Source: Phoronis australis
Taxonomy: Eukaryota > Animalia > Phoronida
NCBI GenBank assembly: GCA_002633005.1
Contig: NMRA01000234.1
Coordinates: 447,517-511,516, forward strand
DNA: 64,000 nucleotides
Direction: 5' to 3'
The position numbers and the translations under genes were made by a program. The stretch's first letter is position 1. The number at the start of each line of letters is the position of its first letter. Positions 1 through 12,689 of the stretch are shown here, one piece after another. The notes under the pieces were generated by a model. It did no database searches. It had not been told where the DNA came from and saw nothing but the letters and a program-made list of their open reading frames with translations.

Positions 1-587
1 TGGGTATCAAATTATAGAGTTTTTCCAACTTCAGGCAGCAATTAAATTCATTGAATTATCACCGATTCTTACAAGATTAGCTTCTAATTATCAAAAATCA
101 TCTATGAAACTATCGATATTCGTAGATACATAAACACGTAAATCAGAAACCTTAAGTTGAAAGGCTAAACATCATTAAGCTTGGAAAAAAGTGAAAATTC
201 ATTCCACGGTCGAGTGGTCCCAAAACGAGGCAGGGAGTGACCTCCTTCAACATGAAAGCACGATTTCACAAAAGCAGGAAAATAGAGAAATCGATTCCAC
301 CAATGGGCCCCCCGTGAGGTGCACCCTAAGAATTTGTCGATAAAAACACAAAAAGGTGGCCACTTAAATGTCATCATTGGAGGCTCCTAAATATGAAAAT
401 ATATGTATTTTCAAATATCAGGAAATGCGCTGCAATTGATGTTATCTGTCAGGTCATCAATTTTTCTCAAGTGATATACAGTTTCGAGAAAAAAATAAAG
501 CGAAAGTTGTCTCCGTTACCCCTTGCCCGAGAGGGGTCTCTGGAAAAATATAGTATTGCATTCGCAAAATTGACTTATTGAATTTAA

Positions 588-1369
588 AGGCGGAGGCAAG
601 CATTTCGCGCCAATTTCTTTTCATATAGTCTGACTGTGAAAGCTGCCGAATCAGTCATTGTTCTACCTCGGTTGTGTTAAGTTACGTCGTCGTTTGCTTT
701 CATTTACTAGTCAGTCAACATGCCACACTATTGCTGCGTACCAGGATGTACTAATTGTCGTCTCGCGCGCTTTGGGAGTACCTTAGCATCGCTTTTCGAT
801 GGATGACACACTTCGCCGTACTTGGCTCGTTCGTGTGAAGAACGCAGCGTTACCCGTCCACACAACGTACAAAGCAGTCGAGAATTACCGTGTGTGTGGC
901 AAGCACTTTCTGCCGTCCGATTACGAAAGGGATTTGTACGCTGAACTGATGAAGGTCTCTGCGAAGCAACGCCTGAAGAAGGATGCCATTCCGTCTGTGT
1001 TGACTACCGGCAGTGCCCCATCGCCACCCCCGAGAAGTGCGTTTTTGAAGAGAGAAGCCACGCGAGCTGTGGCCAGTACAGTGACTGGAGCCAGTGGAGG
1101 CACTTCATCCACCGTCACCTGTGCCTCCGAACGTACCCCAGAGCGTGCCATTCCTGGAACCAGTAGTAATTCGCCCTGTGCTGTTTTCTCCAGCCCAGAG
1201 CCTCTAAGCAGCCCTGCAGCGATATTGAGTAGTGGGAGTGATTACAGGCCCAGTTCGACACCCAGTGAAGAGGACAGTTCGTCGTCCAGTGAACAGATCG
1301 GTGAGCCAAACTTTGATAAGTTTATTGTGGACTTGTCTAAAGTGTTGGAGCTATTTAGAAGGTGCCAGG
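588..1369 (+). mobile_element. Kolobok-like DNA transposon 5' end with frameshifted THAP-domain ORF (runs into gap)
   Basis: TTAA (584-587) then AGGCGGAGGCAAG, the same terminus as the 11911 and 22838 copies. ATG 720 gives MPHYCCVPGCTN, with a frameshift into HRFSMDDTLRRTW...RVCGKHF...LKKDAIPS (C2CH THAP signature). About 130 bp of the left TIR is deleted relative to the 11911 copy. Confidence 0.8.
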
Positions 1370-2364
1370 NNNNNNNNNNNNNNNNNNNNNNNNNNNNNNN
1401 NNNNNNNNNNNNNNNNNNNNNNNNNNNNNNNNNNNNNNNNNNNNNNNNNNNNNNNNNNNNNNNNNNNNNNNNNNNNNNNNNNNNNNNNNNNNNNNNNNNN
1501 NNNNNNNNNNNNNNNNNNNNNNNNNNNNNNNNNNNNNNNNNNNNNNNNNNNNNNNNNNNNNNNNNNNNNNNNNNNNNNNNNNNNNNNNNNNNNNNNNNNN
1601 NNNNNNNNNNNNNNNNNNNNNNNNNNNNNNNNNNNNNNNNNNNNNNNNNNNNNNNNNNNNNNNNNNNNNNNNNNNNNNNNNNNNNNNNNNNNNNNNNNNN
1701 NNNNNNNNNNNNNNNNNNNNNNNNNNNNNNNNNNNNNNNNNNNNNNNNNNNNNNNNNNNNNNNNNNNNNNNNNNNNNNNNNNNNNNNNNNNNNNNNNNNN
1801 NNNNNNNNNNNNNNNNNNNNNNNNNNNNNNNNNNNNNNNNNNNNNNNNNNNNNNNNNNNNNNNNNNNNNNNNNNNNNNNNNNNNNNNNNNNNNNNNNNNN
1901 NNNNNNNNNNNNNNNNNNNNNNNNNNNNNNNNNNNNNNNNNNNNNNNNNNNNNNNNNNNNNNNNNNNNNNNNNNNNNNNNNNNNNNNNNNNNNNNNNNNN
2001 NNNNNNNNGGGCAAACCCCCCTCCCGACCTCCCCCCATTCGGTGATATGTGCATATAAAATCGTGGTTCAGTTTGCGCAAATGCTTCCAACCGGACAAAA
2101 TGTTGGGCCCCCCTTGTGATATCCACCACTGGATCATATCCAATCATATCATTAGGTGTTACGGTTTGTTCTCATAAATTTCTAGAATCTCTAGAGTGCC
2201 TTGACCCCAGAACCCAAAGTTGTAAACACCATCTAAAAATAGATTTTGCCGTTAAAATGCATGTCAACAAGTCTGACCCCATGATTCAAAAGTACATATG
2301 AATAAATTTTGGGCAACTTAAAATGGATCTATTCTTACTAATAACACAATCAATACTTATTCTG

Positions 2365-2700
2365 ACATAATGGCATACCCAAAGTGCGCGTGAGACGATA
2401 ATGAGTACACCCCGGTACGCAGCAACCCTGCGGCATGCTGACTGACTCGTAAACAAACGCAAATGACGACCGAACTTATCACAATCTAGGTAAAACGATG
2501 ACTGACGCGACAGCTCATACAGTCTGACCACATGGAAACAAAATGGCGGGAAATTCTTGACTCCCTAAACGTCACTTCCGGAGTAAGGCACGACTTTGTT
2601 GATAAAATTACAGGAAGCTATTATTAACTGAATATGTCTGGGATAATCAACGAACCGTATTTTTACTAAAAATGACATGAAAAATGTTGCCTTCTCCTTC
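2365..2700 (-). mobile_element. Kolobok-like 5'-end fragment, inverted
   Basis: The reverse complement aligns by eye with the left end of the 22838 element, including the THAP start (MPQGCCVPGCTH). It ends ...TTGCCTTCTCCT followed by TCAA (degenerate TTAA). Confidence 0.75.
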
Positions 2701-3613
2701 AATGGACACAGTCGGGTTTACGGCCCAAAGAACCCATGTCGGGGATTATTTTTGGGTAAGAGTGACCAAGTTATTAGCTTTGACCGAAGCTGTAAAACAG
2801 TGTTTTTGTGGTTTTTATTATAATTAGCAGACTGTAGTCAAAGTTAAGTGAAATCGAGGCCGCGATCTCATCAGGTGTTTTGTTTAACCTGGTTCCCGGG
2901 CCTCACAAGCTGAGGTCACGGATACCTTGTCTCGAGGGTTTGTGCAGGAGACTAGTGTTTTGTTATTATTATGTGGCATGAACACGGTAGATGCCGGATC
3001 ATAGCGCATATTGCTAATCAAAGCCGTCGTGAAAACTCTTAGGGCTAATCTCGTGATTTTATTTGAGAAAAAGAGTTGAAAGCATTTGGAAACGAAATCG
3101 AGCACTAGGCTGCCGTGAGAACATATCCACAGGTAGACAATAGGTATACATGGGTTTGCCAGAAATTGCTTGACATACAGGCTTACTTTGATGATTTAAT
3201 GCATTGACCTAAAGTTGTTTCCGAAAATGCTTACACTGATTAAACTCCTCACCAAATTTCTAAAAAATCGTTGATGGTTTGTCTGAGATGAAAAAAGTGT
3301 AATTCGGTGCAATGGCATTTTATTCATGTTTCATATCGCCGATTATACTACGTTTACAATGACAGTATTATGCTAATACATGTACATAAGCTTCTTAAAA
3401 GTAGCATATGGACGTATTGATGCGGCGTCAAGCGCACATACTTTAATTACAAAATACAATTGAGCAGAAACAGCAATTTCAATATTATTACAGGTGTGAA
3501 GGAGTGACCAGCACCAGTTGTTCCCAGGGGACTACTACCTTTTGTAGCACTGTGAAAGAGTGTAGCGTATTTCCTTACTTAGATCCGGTCAGATTATCTC
3601 CACATGTAACAAT

Positions 3614-3763
3614 CCTCCCGTTCAGTAATGTTAGGACTTCGCTAAAAAGCAAGACTTCGTGAGATAACGTGAGATATTGTCGTGTATTTCAAATGAGGGC
3701 ACGTGACTTTGGGTAGATTTTAGCTAGATCCTAGCGTAGGTCCTAGCGTTACTGAACGCACGC
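3614..3763. mobile_element. ~150-bp MITE (PIF/Harbinger-like), copy 1
   Basis: Inverted ends CGTTCAGTAA(T/C)G(T/C)TAGGAC...GTCCTAGCGTTACTGAACG; second copy at 7643-7793. Confidence 0.7.
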
Positions 3764-4207
3764 CAGGTGCGAACTTTTCAAAAGAAAAGAGCATGACATT
3801 ATCTTGTAGCCTAATACAAACGCAATGCCAAGCGATCACTTCTGCTTTCCCTCGTAAATAGTGCTTTTGTCAAACAACTTTTAAACAAACTTACGAAATG
3901 TCATCGATTCCCATGTTAATTGGCAGTTCTTGGTGAGCCTAATCGTGTACGAGACGGTTCGCTATCTGGTGACCGGATATTTTCTACCTACACAAAGAAA
4001 CTGTGGAAAACTCAAAGGGTCTTCTTTCTATTTTCAGAGGTCCCCAGTAAAAAAATTGAGAACGAAAACTGCGCAACCGACTATAACTCCACAGACGATA
4101 CATCAAAGCAGTTCCCCCCGGTGCATATGCTACCCCTATTGCCTACGGGTGCAACAACAAATGTTATAATGAAATTCATACTTTCCTTGCAGTCATAATT
4201 TTAGAAA

Positions 4208-7200
4208 ATGACTTCGAAAAGATGGTTTTCACTCGCTTTTGTTTCCCGACTACATAAAGTGCATGGCATACTACTCCTACTAGGAATATTAATCTTCGGC
4301 TACGCTGTAGTTAACCAAAAAGCGACACGTTCATCAACAGGTAAGTTTCATTTGTTATAAACCAAAATTTGGACAACTTGACTGCGCCATGGGTGTCTGG
4401 TGCAGCTTTCAGAGGTCCCATGGGTATGACAGGTGCAGCTATGACGGTGCCAATAGCTTCAGCAAGGATTTTACTACACTCCTTGCTTTCAATGTGATGC
4501 TAGACTGAAGATTAAATGGTTATTATCGACTGATCGTACAGAGGTCTGCTTAAACAAAACGTCTACATAACGTGTTGTAATGCTACAACCAGTGTTGCGA
4601 AGCCTTGACTTGTAATGAACGTTAGGGTTACCTTCAGCAGCTGTCTCATTTGTTGGCTGATTCAACAACTAAAGTTATGACTTGCTGTTACATTACGTAC
4701 CATTCTCTTGGAGTGTAAAAATCAAGAAATTTCCACGATCATGATCTAATGAGGAATTACGCTCGATTAAACTCGTCACACACGCCTTTTTGTGTTGGTA
4801 CACAATTCTTTGGTTAAGCTGGTACGAGCTTGAGTGCGCACAAGGAATCAACACATGAAAGTTAAGTCTAATTTCTCTGAAGGTCAACCGTTTTTCTCCA
4901 TTCGAAGTTTTTTTGGTGAAAGTATTTCATACAAAACATATCTGCTTCACGACATTTGTTGAAACTCGTTAGTAAATAGTATTTTTAAATATCGGTTAAT
5001 GTCAGGCGCGCTGTTTACAACATAATTTCTGAATTACGTGAGCTTCTCAGATGAAGTCAGACAGTAAGAGAGCTGGACTATGTAAACATTGGTTTGCCAC
5101 TGTCAAACTGATAAGGACACTGCTGTATCCCGACGATCAGTCAATCCGGATAAGAATTCCATTGCGCAGGTGCGTAACGATCCGAGTCTACAGGGCGAGA
5201 GTCAGCTATGGCATAGCTGACTCTCTCTAGACTCTGTAATCATAAGCCAGCCAGCTAGCTGTATGAAGACTATCGTGAAAATACACGAATAATATCCTGG
5301 AGAGATAAAACAGGGATCTGAAATAACCGTACTCCTCGCTGGCTCTCAGTTTTTGGCTGACACACGTTATACGAAACATTCTATCGTCAACTTCATGCAG
5401 CAAGACTTCTCCTAAACCAATGGCACGGCTGTCTGGGCCTAAATTAATCTCAAGCCGGCGAATGCGTGAACTCGTAATTGAATATTCATTTCCGCAATCA
5501 GATGAACTTTTTGTTCTGTATCGGGAAATTTGTAATTATTGGTCTCATGATAACCCGTTTTCTCCTTTCCTCGTAACTTGTGTCAAAGAATCGGAGGAAT
5601 ATATGAATGGTGAAATTAATTATTGTTTGGTGGATAAGATAGCCCGATAGTTAAAAAAATGGTTAAAATTTGCGTTATTTTATTAAAATGTAGTTTGATT
5701 TAGTGTAGTCCAATTTTTTAGCTAGATGAACGTCATTATTTGAATGAACTACTGAACTTTTCTCATGTATTCCAAGTTCATGCATACGTTCACCCACAGC
5801 ATCTCCACACACTGAAAACACGACACCAATCACTAGAGGGCGCCTTTCACTAGTAGCCGGTGAGTCGTAGAAAAAAACGCACTTCACTGTTGGTGGTTGG
5901 AATTTGGTGCGTCTTATCCGCATTAGCTTTTAATCGCTCATAGTTATCTGGTTCGTTCCGATCCGGTGTCCAAGGAACTCCTATGTAGCACTTCGACGGT
6001 TTTACAGTGATACCTTCTAGTCTTTTCAGTTCTCCGCACTTTAACAAGTCCTCAGTTCAATTGTACGGATATGGGCCATATGACAGTGGCTAGCACATCG
6101 TCGAAGTTATCTGACCCCGCTAACATCCCCCGTATCATTCTCAAAGTAGAATGTGGCCGCCGAATTCAAAAAGCCAAATGTCATCTTGTGGAACTGGTAG
6201 TCGCCTACCAAGGGTCACGAACGTTATTTTCTCTTTACACGCCTCATCTGTGAAATCTGCCAATAGCCTTCGTGAAATCGATCTTCGAGAAGAAACGTCG
6301 ACTAAGTGCAGCGTCGCCATGGCCACTCTGGTACGTTCATTGGTTTGTAGTCAAATTTGGTCACCGCATTCGTCCGCCGGTAATCAAGTTGCTTATCTTT
6401 AATACCTCCTGCACTTTCTTTTTCACTAATTTAATTCATGTGTAGAATGGTATCTGACGTGGCTGGCCTACTCGGTCTCTCCAGGCTAACTGTAAAGATG
6501 CCAAAGTAGTCCCGTAGGACGCGAGTGCTGGTGTCAAGGAATCGCACACTTAAAAGGCTTTGTAAGACTTGTTGTGAACCACTGGTCGGAAGGCCTAAGC
6601 CGCCTTCGCCAAAAAGGGTCGCTTCCTCAGTCTCACACTCCTCACCCAACTCGGCATAGTTCGCTTCATCCGTCTTCGATATCGTCATCCCCGCGTTCGT
6701 GTTACGCCTTCAACGGAAGAGTATTGCCGTTCACTTTTATCCATGTAGTTCACTGACTAGTCTACTGCCGTAATTTTATACGGCTCCTTCCATTGCATAG
6801 CAAGCTTGTTGTGATCTGTGGCAGTAAGTAACACCAGCACTCTCTGCATCATGAAAGGAGTCCTTAGGCTACGTTTACACACTACCGGTTGAGATTGGGC
6901 AACTTGACAGGTTTGCGCACCACAGAATCCGCCGGTTTAGGAAACTGAAAGACGCCATGTTGTTGCGGTTTATTAAATCACCTGAGGCTGCTGATGTTAT
7001 TGTTCACTAGATAATGAGGACATCGTGAACAAATTGGGGCCAACAATAGTATTTAAATTTTCGTTTTGAAAGTTTGTAAATAGCATATTTGAATAGTTCA
7101 TGAAAAACACACGTGGTCGGGTTTTTGAATTTTGAACATGGGACAAAAATGTGACTTTTACAACCTAAAACGTTTGTTTAATGTTGCAATAAAATGTTCT

Positions 7201-10112
7201 TCATTAATTCTACTGGGTGTGTAACATAATTGCTTCAATTTTCAAACCACCAGGCAGCAGTTGGATTTTGAGGTAAGCCAAGTGTCGTACAATTCTTGGC
7301 ATGACCACTCGAAACTGTCCTCGCTGGTCTTCTTGTCGTAGTAACGCTTGCGCGTGCCTTGAGCATTAAACAGGCTTTTTAGCCAGACCCTTATGAGCCA
7401 TACAGGTAAGTATTTTGGTCCCGGCAGTCTCTGTCTCCCTCAGTCCAGAGTTCACTCAGAATTGGCTAATACCACTCACTGTGCTGCCGTGCAGCAACTC
7501 GAATGCTGTTAGATACCGATCCCAGTGTCTTGGTCTCTTATGACGCGACCTCTTCAACATGGCTTTCCACACACTCGTTGATTCTCTAACTCAGCATGGG
7601 TTGAAAGGAGTCATATACAGCTATTGTGCATTGATAAGCCTGCCTCCCGTTCAGTAACGCTAGGACCTCGCTAAAAAGCAAGACTTCGCGAGATTACGTG
7701 AGATATTGCCGTGCATTTTAAATGAGAACACGTGACTTTGACTAGGTTTTAGCTAGGTCATAGCGTAGGTCCCAGCGTCTACTGAACGCACGCCTGCTGA
7801 CCTCCATCGTCAGTTCCGCTGTGTAGGCTACTGTGTTCTACGACTCAGGATCTCGCGTGGGAATCTGGTCCAGCAACCATCAGCCACGTCTTCTGTCTCT
7901 ATCTTCGGCATTACTTCTACGAGTACCTGGTAGCGTTATCTAATATAGATGCCCCCTTGTCTGACACATGAGCGGTCAATCAGGTCCTCGTGAAAAACTA
8001 ATCCGCCACGAAGGAACATTTTCACGAAACACGTCGCTCTAGTCGCAGTGTTGGCTTACGTAGTAAATGACGAAGGAACTTTCTCCCTGTCGGCACGTTA
8101 GTCAATAGCCTTTTAGCGTTCATTCTAGAAAATGTCACGCTGTCTACAGAATCGAGTCACTTCTGATGGCACTCCTGGCCAGTAAAAGTTGGTGGTGATC
8201 AGGCCAGTTGTCTCTTTAACACCGAGATGTTCTCTGGCTGTAGACTCGTGACGGAGCCTCATCACGAACTCCCGTAACTTGTTCGAGACTAAAAATTGCT
8301 TCATCTCATCAGCATCCTTATTATTGCACAGCCGATAGAATATCTCTCAGTAAACCTTATATTTTGCAAGGGAAGTGGAGGATTTTTAAATTTAAAAATT
8401 GTCAGCTTATTTAGCATATGAAATGTTAACTTAGTGTTCTTTTTTCATTTCAAATATGCCCGAGTTATTTTACCTTGCTGTCATTCTACACCTCAAATTT
8501 CATTGTCAAATTTCAAATTCTGATCTCCAGACTGCCCATTCAGTGGAGACTGGCCACACGTACAGTGTAACAGAAATCTATAGTGTTGTAACTTAACATT
8601 ACAAGAGCAACGAAGAGCGCTGAAATACGCCAACGACTGCACCGCAAACGGTGCGCTTCTACGGGTATTAGTATCGTAAAAACGACTATTGGAGGGCATA
8701 TAATACTTCGAACTCTCCGAAATTGGGAAGGCAGTTACAAAATTATTTGCCAAATATCAAGAAAATCGACTGAATGGTAAGCGTAGAAACTATAATTGCC
8801 AATAGGGGGCACAGCGGTAGCCAGAGTCGTCAAAAATCGCAATTGCTCATTGCCACTTTTATAGAAAAACACCTGCAAAAGTTCCTGCTAAGGAGTAGAG
8901 AGCTACAGCCACGGTTGCAAAAATGCAAAATCATTACTAGAAGATGCCACAGTTGTCAGACCCTTCTGAAAATCAAGATCAGACATGATTTTCTTAAAAG
9001 AAATACAACGGCTGAATTTAATGATGATCCTTTGAGCACGTTGGTGGAAAAGAAAGAGGCGGACGATAAAAAACGGATGCGAAATGAAAAAATGGCCACT
9101 AGGTGGCACAGAATATGTTGAGACCCCCTTAAAATGAAAAGCATTGTTATCTTCTTAATAGAAACATATTTGCCACATTTCACGAAAATTATCCGTGAAC
9201 TTTTAAAAATAACAGAACCAAGTCTAGAAAAATAAAATTACCACTAAGTAGCACAACTGAACTCGTTCGTATCTGTTGCCATGTCCACAGGAACACATCT
9301 TCTAAATTTCAAAAAAGATGCTCCACAGCGCAACTATGGACGCAAACAAAATTGCAACTAGGGGGCGCCAGAGCAGTTCGAAAATCAACTGAGCACAAGT
9401 GAGAGAGTCAAATGCAACTTACGAATACAAAGAGACATTGGTTTGTCAGAATCATATAGACGACGGAATCTCCAAAGTAATCTATGAACGCTCCCTAAGA
9501 ACAAAAATTTGTTAAGATCGAAATTCGAGCTAAATTATGACCGAAGACGAAAGTTCGGAAAAGAACGTTTCATGAACACTAATTCCGATTTTTTTCTGCC
9601 ATCTTAGCTCAGCGGCAAGGGCCGTCCCGGATTACACAACGACATACGAATCTCGTTGTACTTAGGCCACAATTTCCGTCAAGCACTTTTGTAGCCGAGT
9701 GTTTTCACGCCATTGGCGTTGGACATGTTCTTTGTTGCTTTTGTATTCTGTAGTACCCAATATATTGCCATAGGCTGCACGGTAGCTGCTCTTTTGTACA
9801 TTACCAACAACGTGAGTGCTCTCTAGTATGGTTGTATTAAAATTTCGAAATGGGTTGAAATAGTCCGAGAAATGCACTTTTTCGCGGTCTGCCGCTAGAG
9901 GAAAAAAGTCAAGGCAGCAGGTTTGACTTGGGCAGATGTGAATCTATATACTTGTGGGAATTCAGGAAAGCAAAAAGCCCTACTCTAAGTCCAACACACT
10001 CACAAAAAACACTATTCGACAAGATACCAAACTTGGTGAAGTTTCAAACTTCACACTTTTATTTTATGCTACTACATCCAATGAGATATATATCTATATC
10101 TAGATCTACTTC

Positions 10113-10155
<43 letters not shown>

Positions 10156-11896
10156 GCGTGTGCGTGCAGGGGCCCATCCAGGATTTTGAGGAGGGCAAGG
10201 CAGAGAATTAGCCAGGATTTTGTCCGTCAGAAATTCGCATCCCCGAACTGTCAAATGGAACCTGAGAGAATTTTAGGATGGGGGGAGGCATGGCCCCCTT
10301 GGCCCCTCTAAATCCGCCACTGGCGTGTGTGTGTGTGTTTGTGTGTGTATATATGTTACATCATAATGTATGTCTCGGTCACATAAAGCTCAGTTCCCGG
10401 CGACGACGATGCAATATGGGATGAACTTGTGGCAGAAAGTCAGCCAACAGAAGGGCGAATACCGGGAGCGGCGGGACGGTGTCGTCGAAAGTCTGCAACT
10501 ATCAATGCATTGAAAAATCGACCTTTGCTCGGCTTCAGGATAGAACTCAATCGGCGGTATCTGCCAAGCATCATCCGATACATGGCAAGAACATGAGTAG
10601 ATAGGCCTATATCCCGCTGTACGTGTGCAATTCGACTTCTTGATTTTAGATAAGTATGTTACTCAAGTCGATCGAGGACCATATATATACATATTCTGTT
10701 ACAAGTACCCAACACTTAAGAAAGTATAACCATGAATGACAGAACCTAGTATCTCTAGTCTGAATTGTACAATGTCGTTTACAGAATTTGATGAAGATTA
10801 TGAAGAAATAAAAGAAAGGACACCCCTTTTCTCCATTGACCATGACACAATTAAGTATCGACCAATGATTCCCAGCGACGCCGTAACCGAAACGAACATC
10901 AGAAATATACCGCTCATACTGTATTGGTCCCCATTCTTCGGCGGAGATTACGGTTACCTCACCAACACAGCCTACTCGAAGGCGCACTGCGGCGATGCTG
11001 TCACATGTGAAGTGACAACCGACCGGTCGAGGTTTCACGATAGTTCCGCCTTGCTCATTCATCCAATAGAAGAAATAGAGCCTATACCATCGACTCGAAA
11101 ACCATGGCAACGTCTGGTATTCTACTACCACGAACCGCCTCATCCGTTGTCACACTTTCACAAATCCCTTGACCCGTCGGCATTCAATCTTACAATGACC
11201 TACAGAACTGATTCTGATATTTACATGCCATACGGGTTTTTTATCCGCTCCAGGGTGTTTCCATTGATGACGACAATCAATTACGCTACCGGTAAAACGA
11301 AACTAGTTTTGTGGATTGTCAGCAATTGCAACGCGCCGTCAAACAGAACAAACTATGTCAGTCGCTTACGTAAGTACATTCCCGTGGATGTTTACGGACG
11401 CTGTGGTACGCAGCAGTGTTCAAGGACTGGACCAACGTCTTGCTGGACGATAAGTAAGAAGTATAAATTCTACCTCGCTTTCGAAAGCTTGTTTTCTGCG
11501 GATTATATCACTGAAAAAGTTTATGATCGAATGATGAACGGTCTGGTGCCGGTTGTAATGGGCGCGGTAGAGTACAGCAAATTTCTGCCTGAAAGCAGCT
11601 ATATCGATATTGCAGACTTCGATTCTCCACGCGCATTGGCCGAGTACTTGTTGAAAGTCAACGCAGACGACAAACTTTACAACTCGTATTTTGAGTGGAG
11701 AAACACTTACCAACTGAGCATGTCTCGTGCGCCGGCGTTCTGTCACCTCTGCGCAATACTGTCGTCGTCTCAACAGCAGTATAAGATGTATGCAAACATC
11801 ACAAGCTGGTGGTTCAACGGAACGAACGTCGGTCCGGACAAGGTGTACCCGCACTTGACTCAATATTTCCAAGAGGACAGGGACACACAGCAGTAG
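4208..11896 (+). CDS. Alpha-1,3-fucosyltransferase (GT10 family), 2 coding exons: 4208-4340 and 10785-11896 (~414 aa)
   Basis: Exon 1 encodes a type II anchor (MTSKRW...GILLLLGILIFGYAVV) and ends G|GTAAGT in phase 1. Exon 2 starts TTTACAG|AA in phase 1, in frame with ORF 10736-11896, which carries FNLTMTYRTDSDI, WIVSNC, VDVYGRCG, YKFYLAFE..DYITEK and YNSYFEWR GT10 motifs. Confidence 0.85.
5560..8340 (-). mobile_element. Degraded Ty3/Gypsy LTR retrotransposon pol with integrase upstream of RT (Gmr1-like order)
   Basis: Minus-strand fragments in 5'->3' order: integrase Zn finger (RHE...HLGVKET...FYWPGV, ~8300-8140), core (DNATRY, IPREILS, AMLKR...WDRYL, FELLHG, KRYYD, ~7950-7330), KLAMQWKEPY (~6810-6775), RT (DYRRTNAVT, FSKIDFTK, YQFHKMTFG, VKPSKC, EVRFFLRLTGY, ~6390-5850). 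Many stops and frameshifts. Confidence 0.8.
7643..7793. mobile_element. ~150-bp MITE (PIF/Harbinger-like), copy 2, inserted in the Gypsy integrase
   Basis: CTG direct repeat on both sides (7640-7642, 7794-7796); removing the element restores the integrase reading EVSRL. Confidence 0.75.
10119..10348. repeat. (GT)n microsatellite interrupted by a ~155-bp CAGGGGC...GCCACTG MITE (10167-10322)
   Basis: GT/GC dinucleotide runs flank a short element with imperfect inverted ends and a GCGTG duplication. Confidence 0.6.
10785..11896 (+). CDS. Fucosyltransferase catalytic exon (GT10)
   Basis: Uninterrupted ORF with all GT10 motifs; stop TAG at 11894-11896. Confidence 0.93.
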
Positions 11897-11910
11897 TCAG
11901 GCAACTTTAA

Positions 11911-12402
11911 AGGCGAAGGCAACCTTTTTTCATGTCATTTTTAGCAAAAATAAGGTTCGTTGATTATCCCAGACATATTTTTCACTTATTTACTGCTTTT
12001 CGTAATTTAATTAATTACTCGTCGTCTACTCCGGAAGTGACGTTTTGGGAGGCAAGAGTTTCGCGCCAATTTCTTTTCATTGTAGTCTGACTGTGAGCGC
12101 TGTCGAGTCAGTCATTGTTCTACCTCGGTTGTGATAAGTTCGGTCGTCGTTTGCTTTTGCTTACGAGTCAGTCAACATGCCACGCTGTTGCTGCCTACCG
12201 AGATGTACAGCCCTCACAGTCAGACTACAATGAAAAGAAATTGGCGCGAAACTCTTGCCTCCCAAAACGTCACTTCCGGAGTAGAGGACGAGAAATTAAT
12301 CAAATTACGAAAAGCTGTAATTAAGTAAAAAAATGTGCCTGGGATAATCAACGAACCTTATTTTTTGCTAAAAGTGACATGAAAAAAAGGTTGCCTTCGC
12401 CT
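11911..12402 (+). mobile_element. 492-bp non-autonomous Kolobok-like element (MITE) with ~185-bp TIRs
   Basis: TTAA TSD (11907-11910, 12403-12406); termini AGGCGAAGGCAACC...GGTTGCCTTCGCCT; retains the first THAP codons (MPRCCCLPRC). Confidence 0.9.
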
Positions 12403-12689
12403 TTAACGATCTCGCGTAAACGAGCTGGGCCAGAAATTAGAGAATCCTACACGATCGAGTCTCAGGTTTATGACATAGGCAAAACCTCTCGGAAATTTCG
12501 TCAAACTCCCGAGGTTTGTCTCCTCACGTGAACCGTAAAACGATCTTTTTGTCGAAAAACTCGACATGTCTAAAATTTTCAACTACATGACGCAACTTTT
12601 GTAAAAACACACTTGCGCAATGTATAAAGTGAACCCAGTTACTTTTTGACTTTCTAAAACAGCTCTGAGGTGGTGGCGTGTTACTACTA

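Noticed and set aside
1232-2147. Long ORFs across 1370-2008 (also at 13.3-13.7 kb and 34.9-35.35 kb)
   Set aside because: Their length comes from N runs in assembly gaps.
8275-8313. CTGATGA...GAAC hammerhead-like motif on the minus strand
   Set aside because: GAAA is missing and the bases are explained as Gypsy integrase codons.
10736-10784. ATG 10736 as the fucosyltransferase start
   Set aside because: No anchor encoded; a phase-matched acceptor at 10785 and an upstream TM exon explain the gene better.
11907-12406. piggyBac assignment for the TTAA elements
   Set aside because: Ends are AGG..CCT rather than CCC..GGG, and the elements carry THAP and KolX-like remnants.
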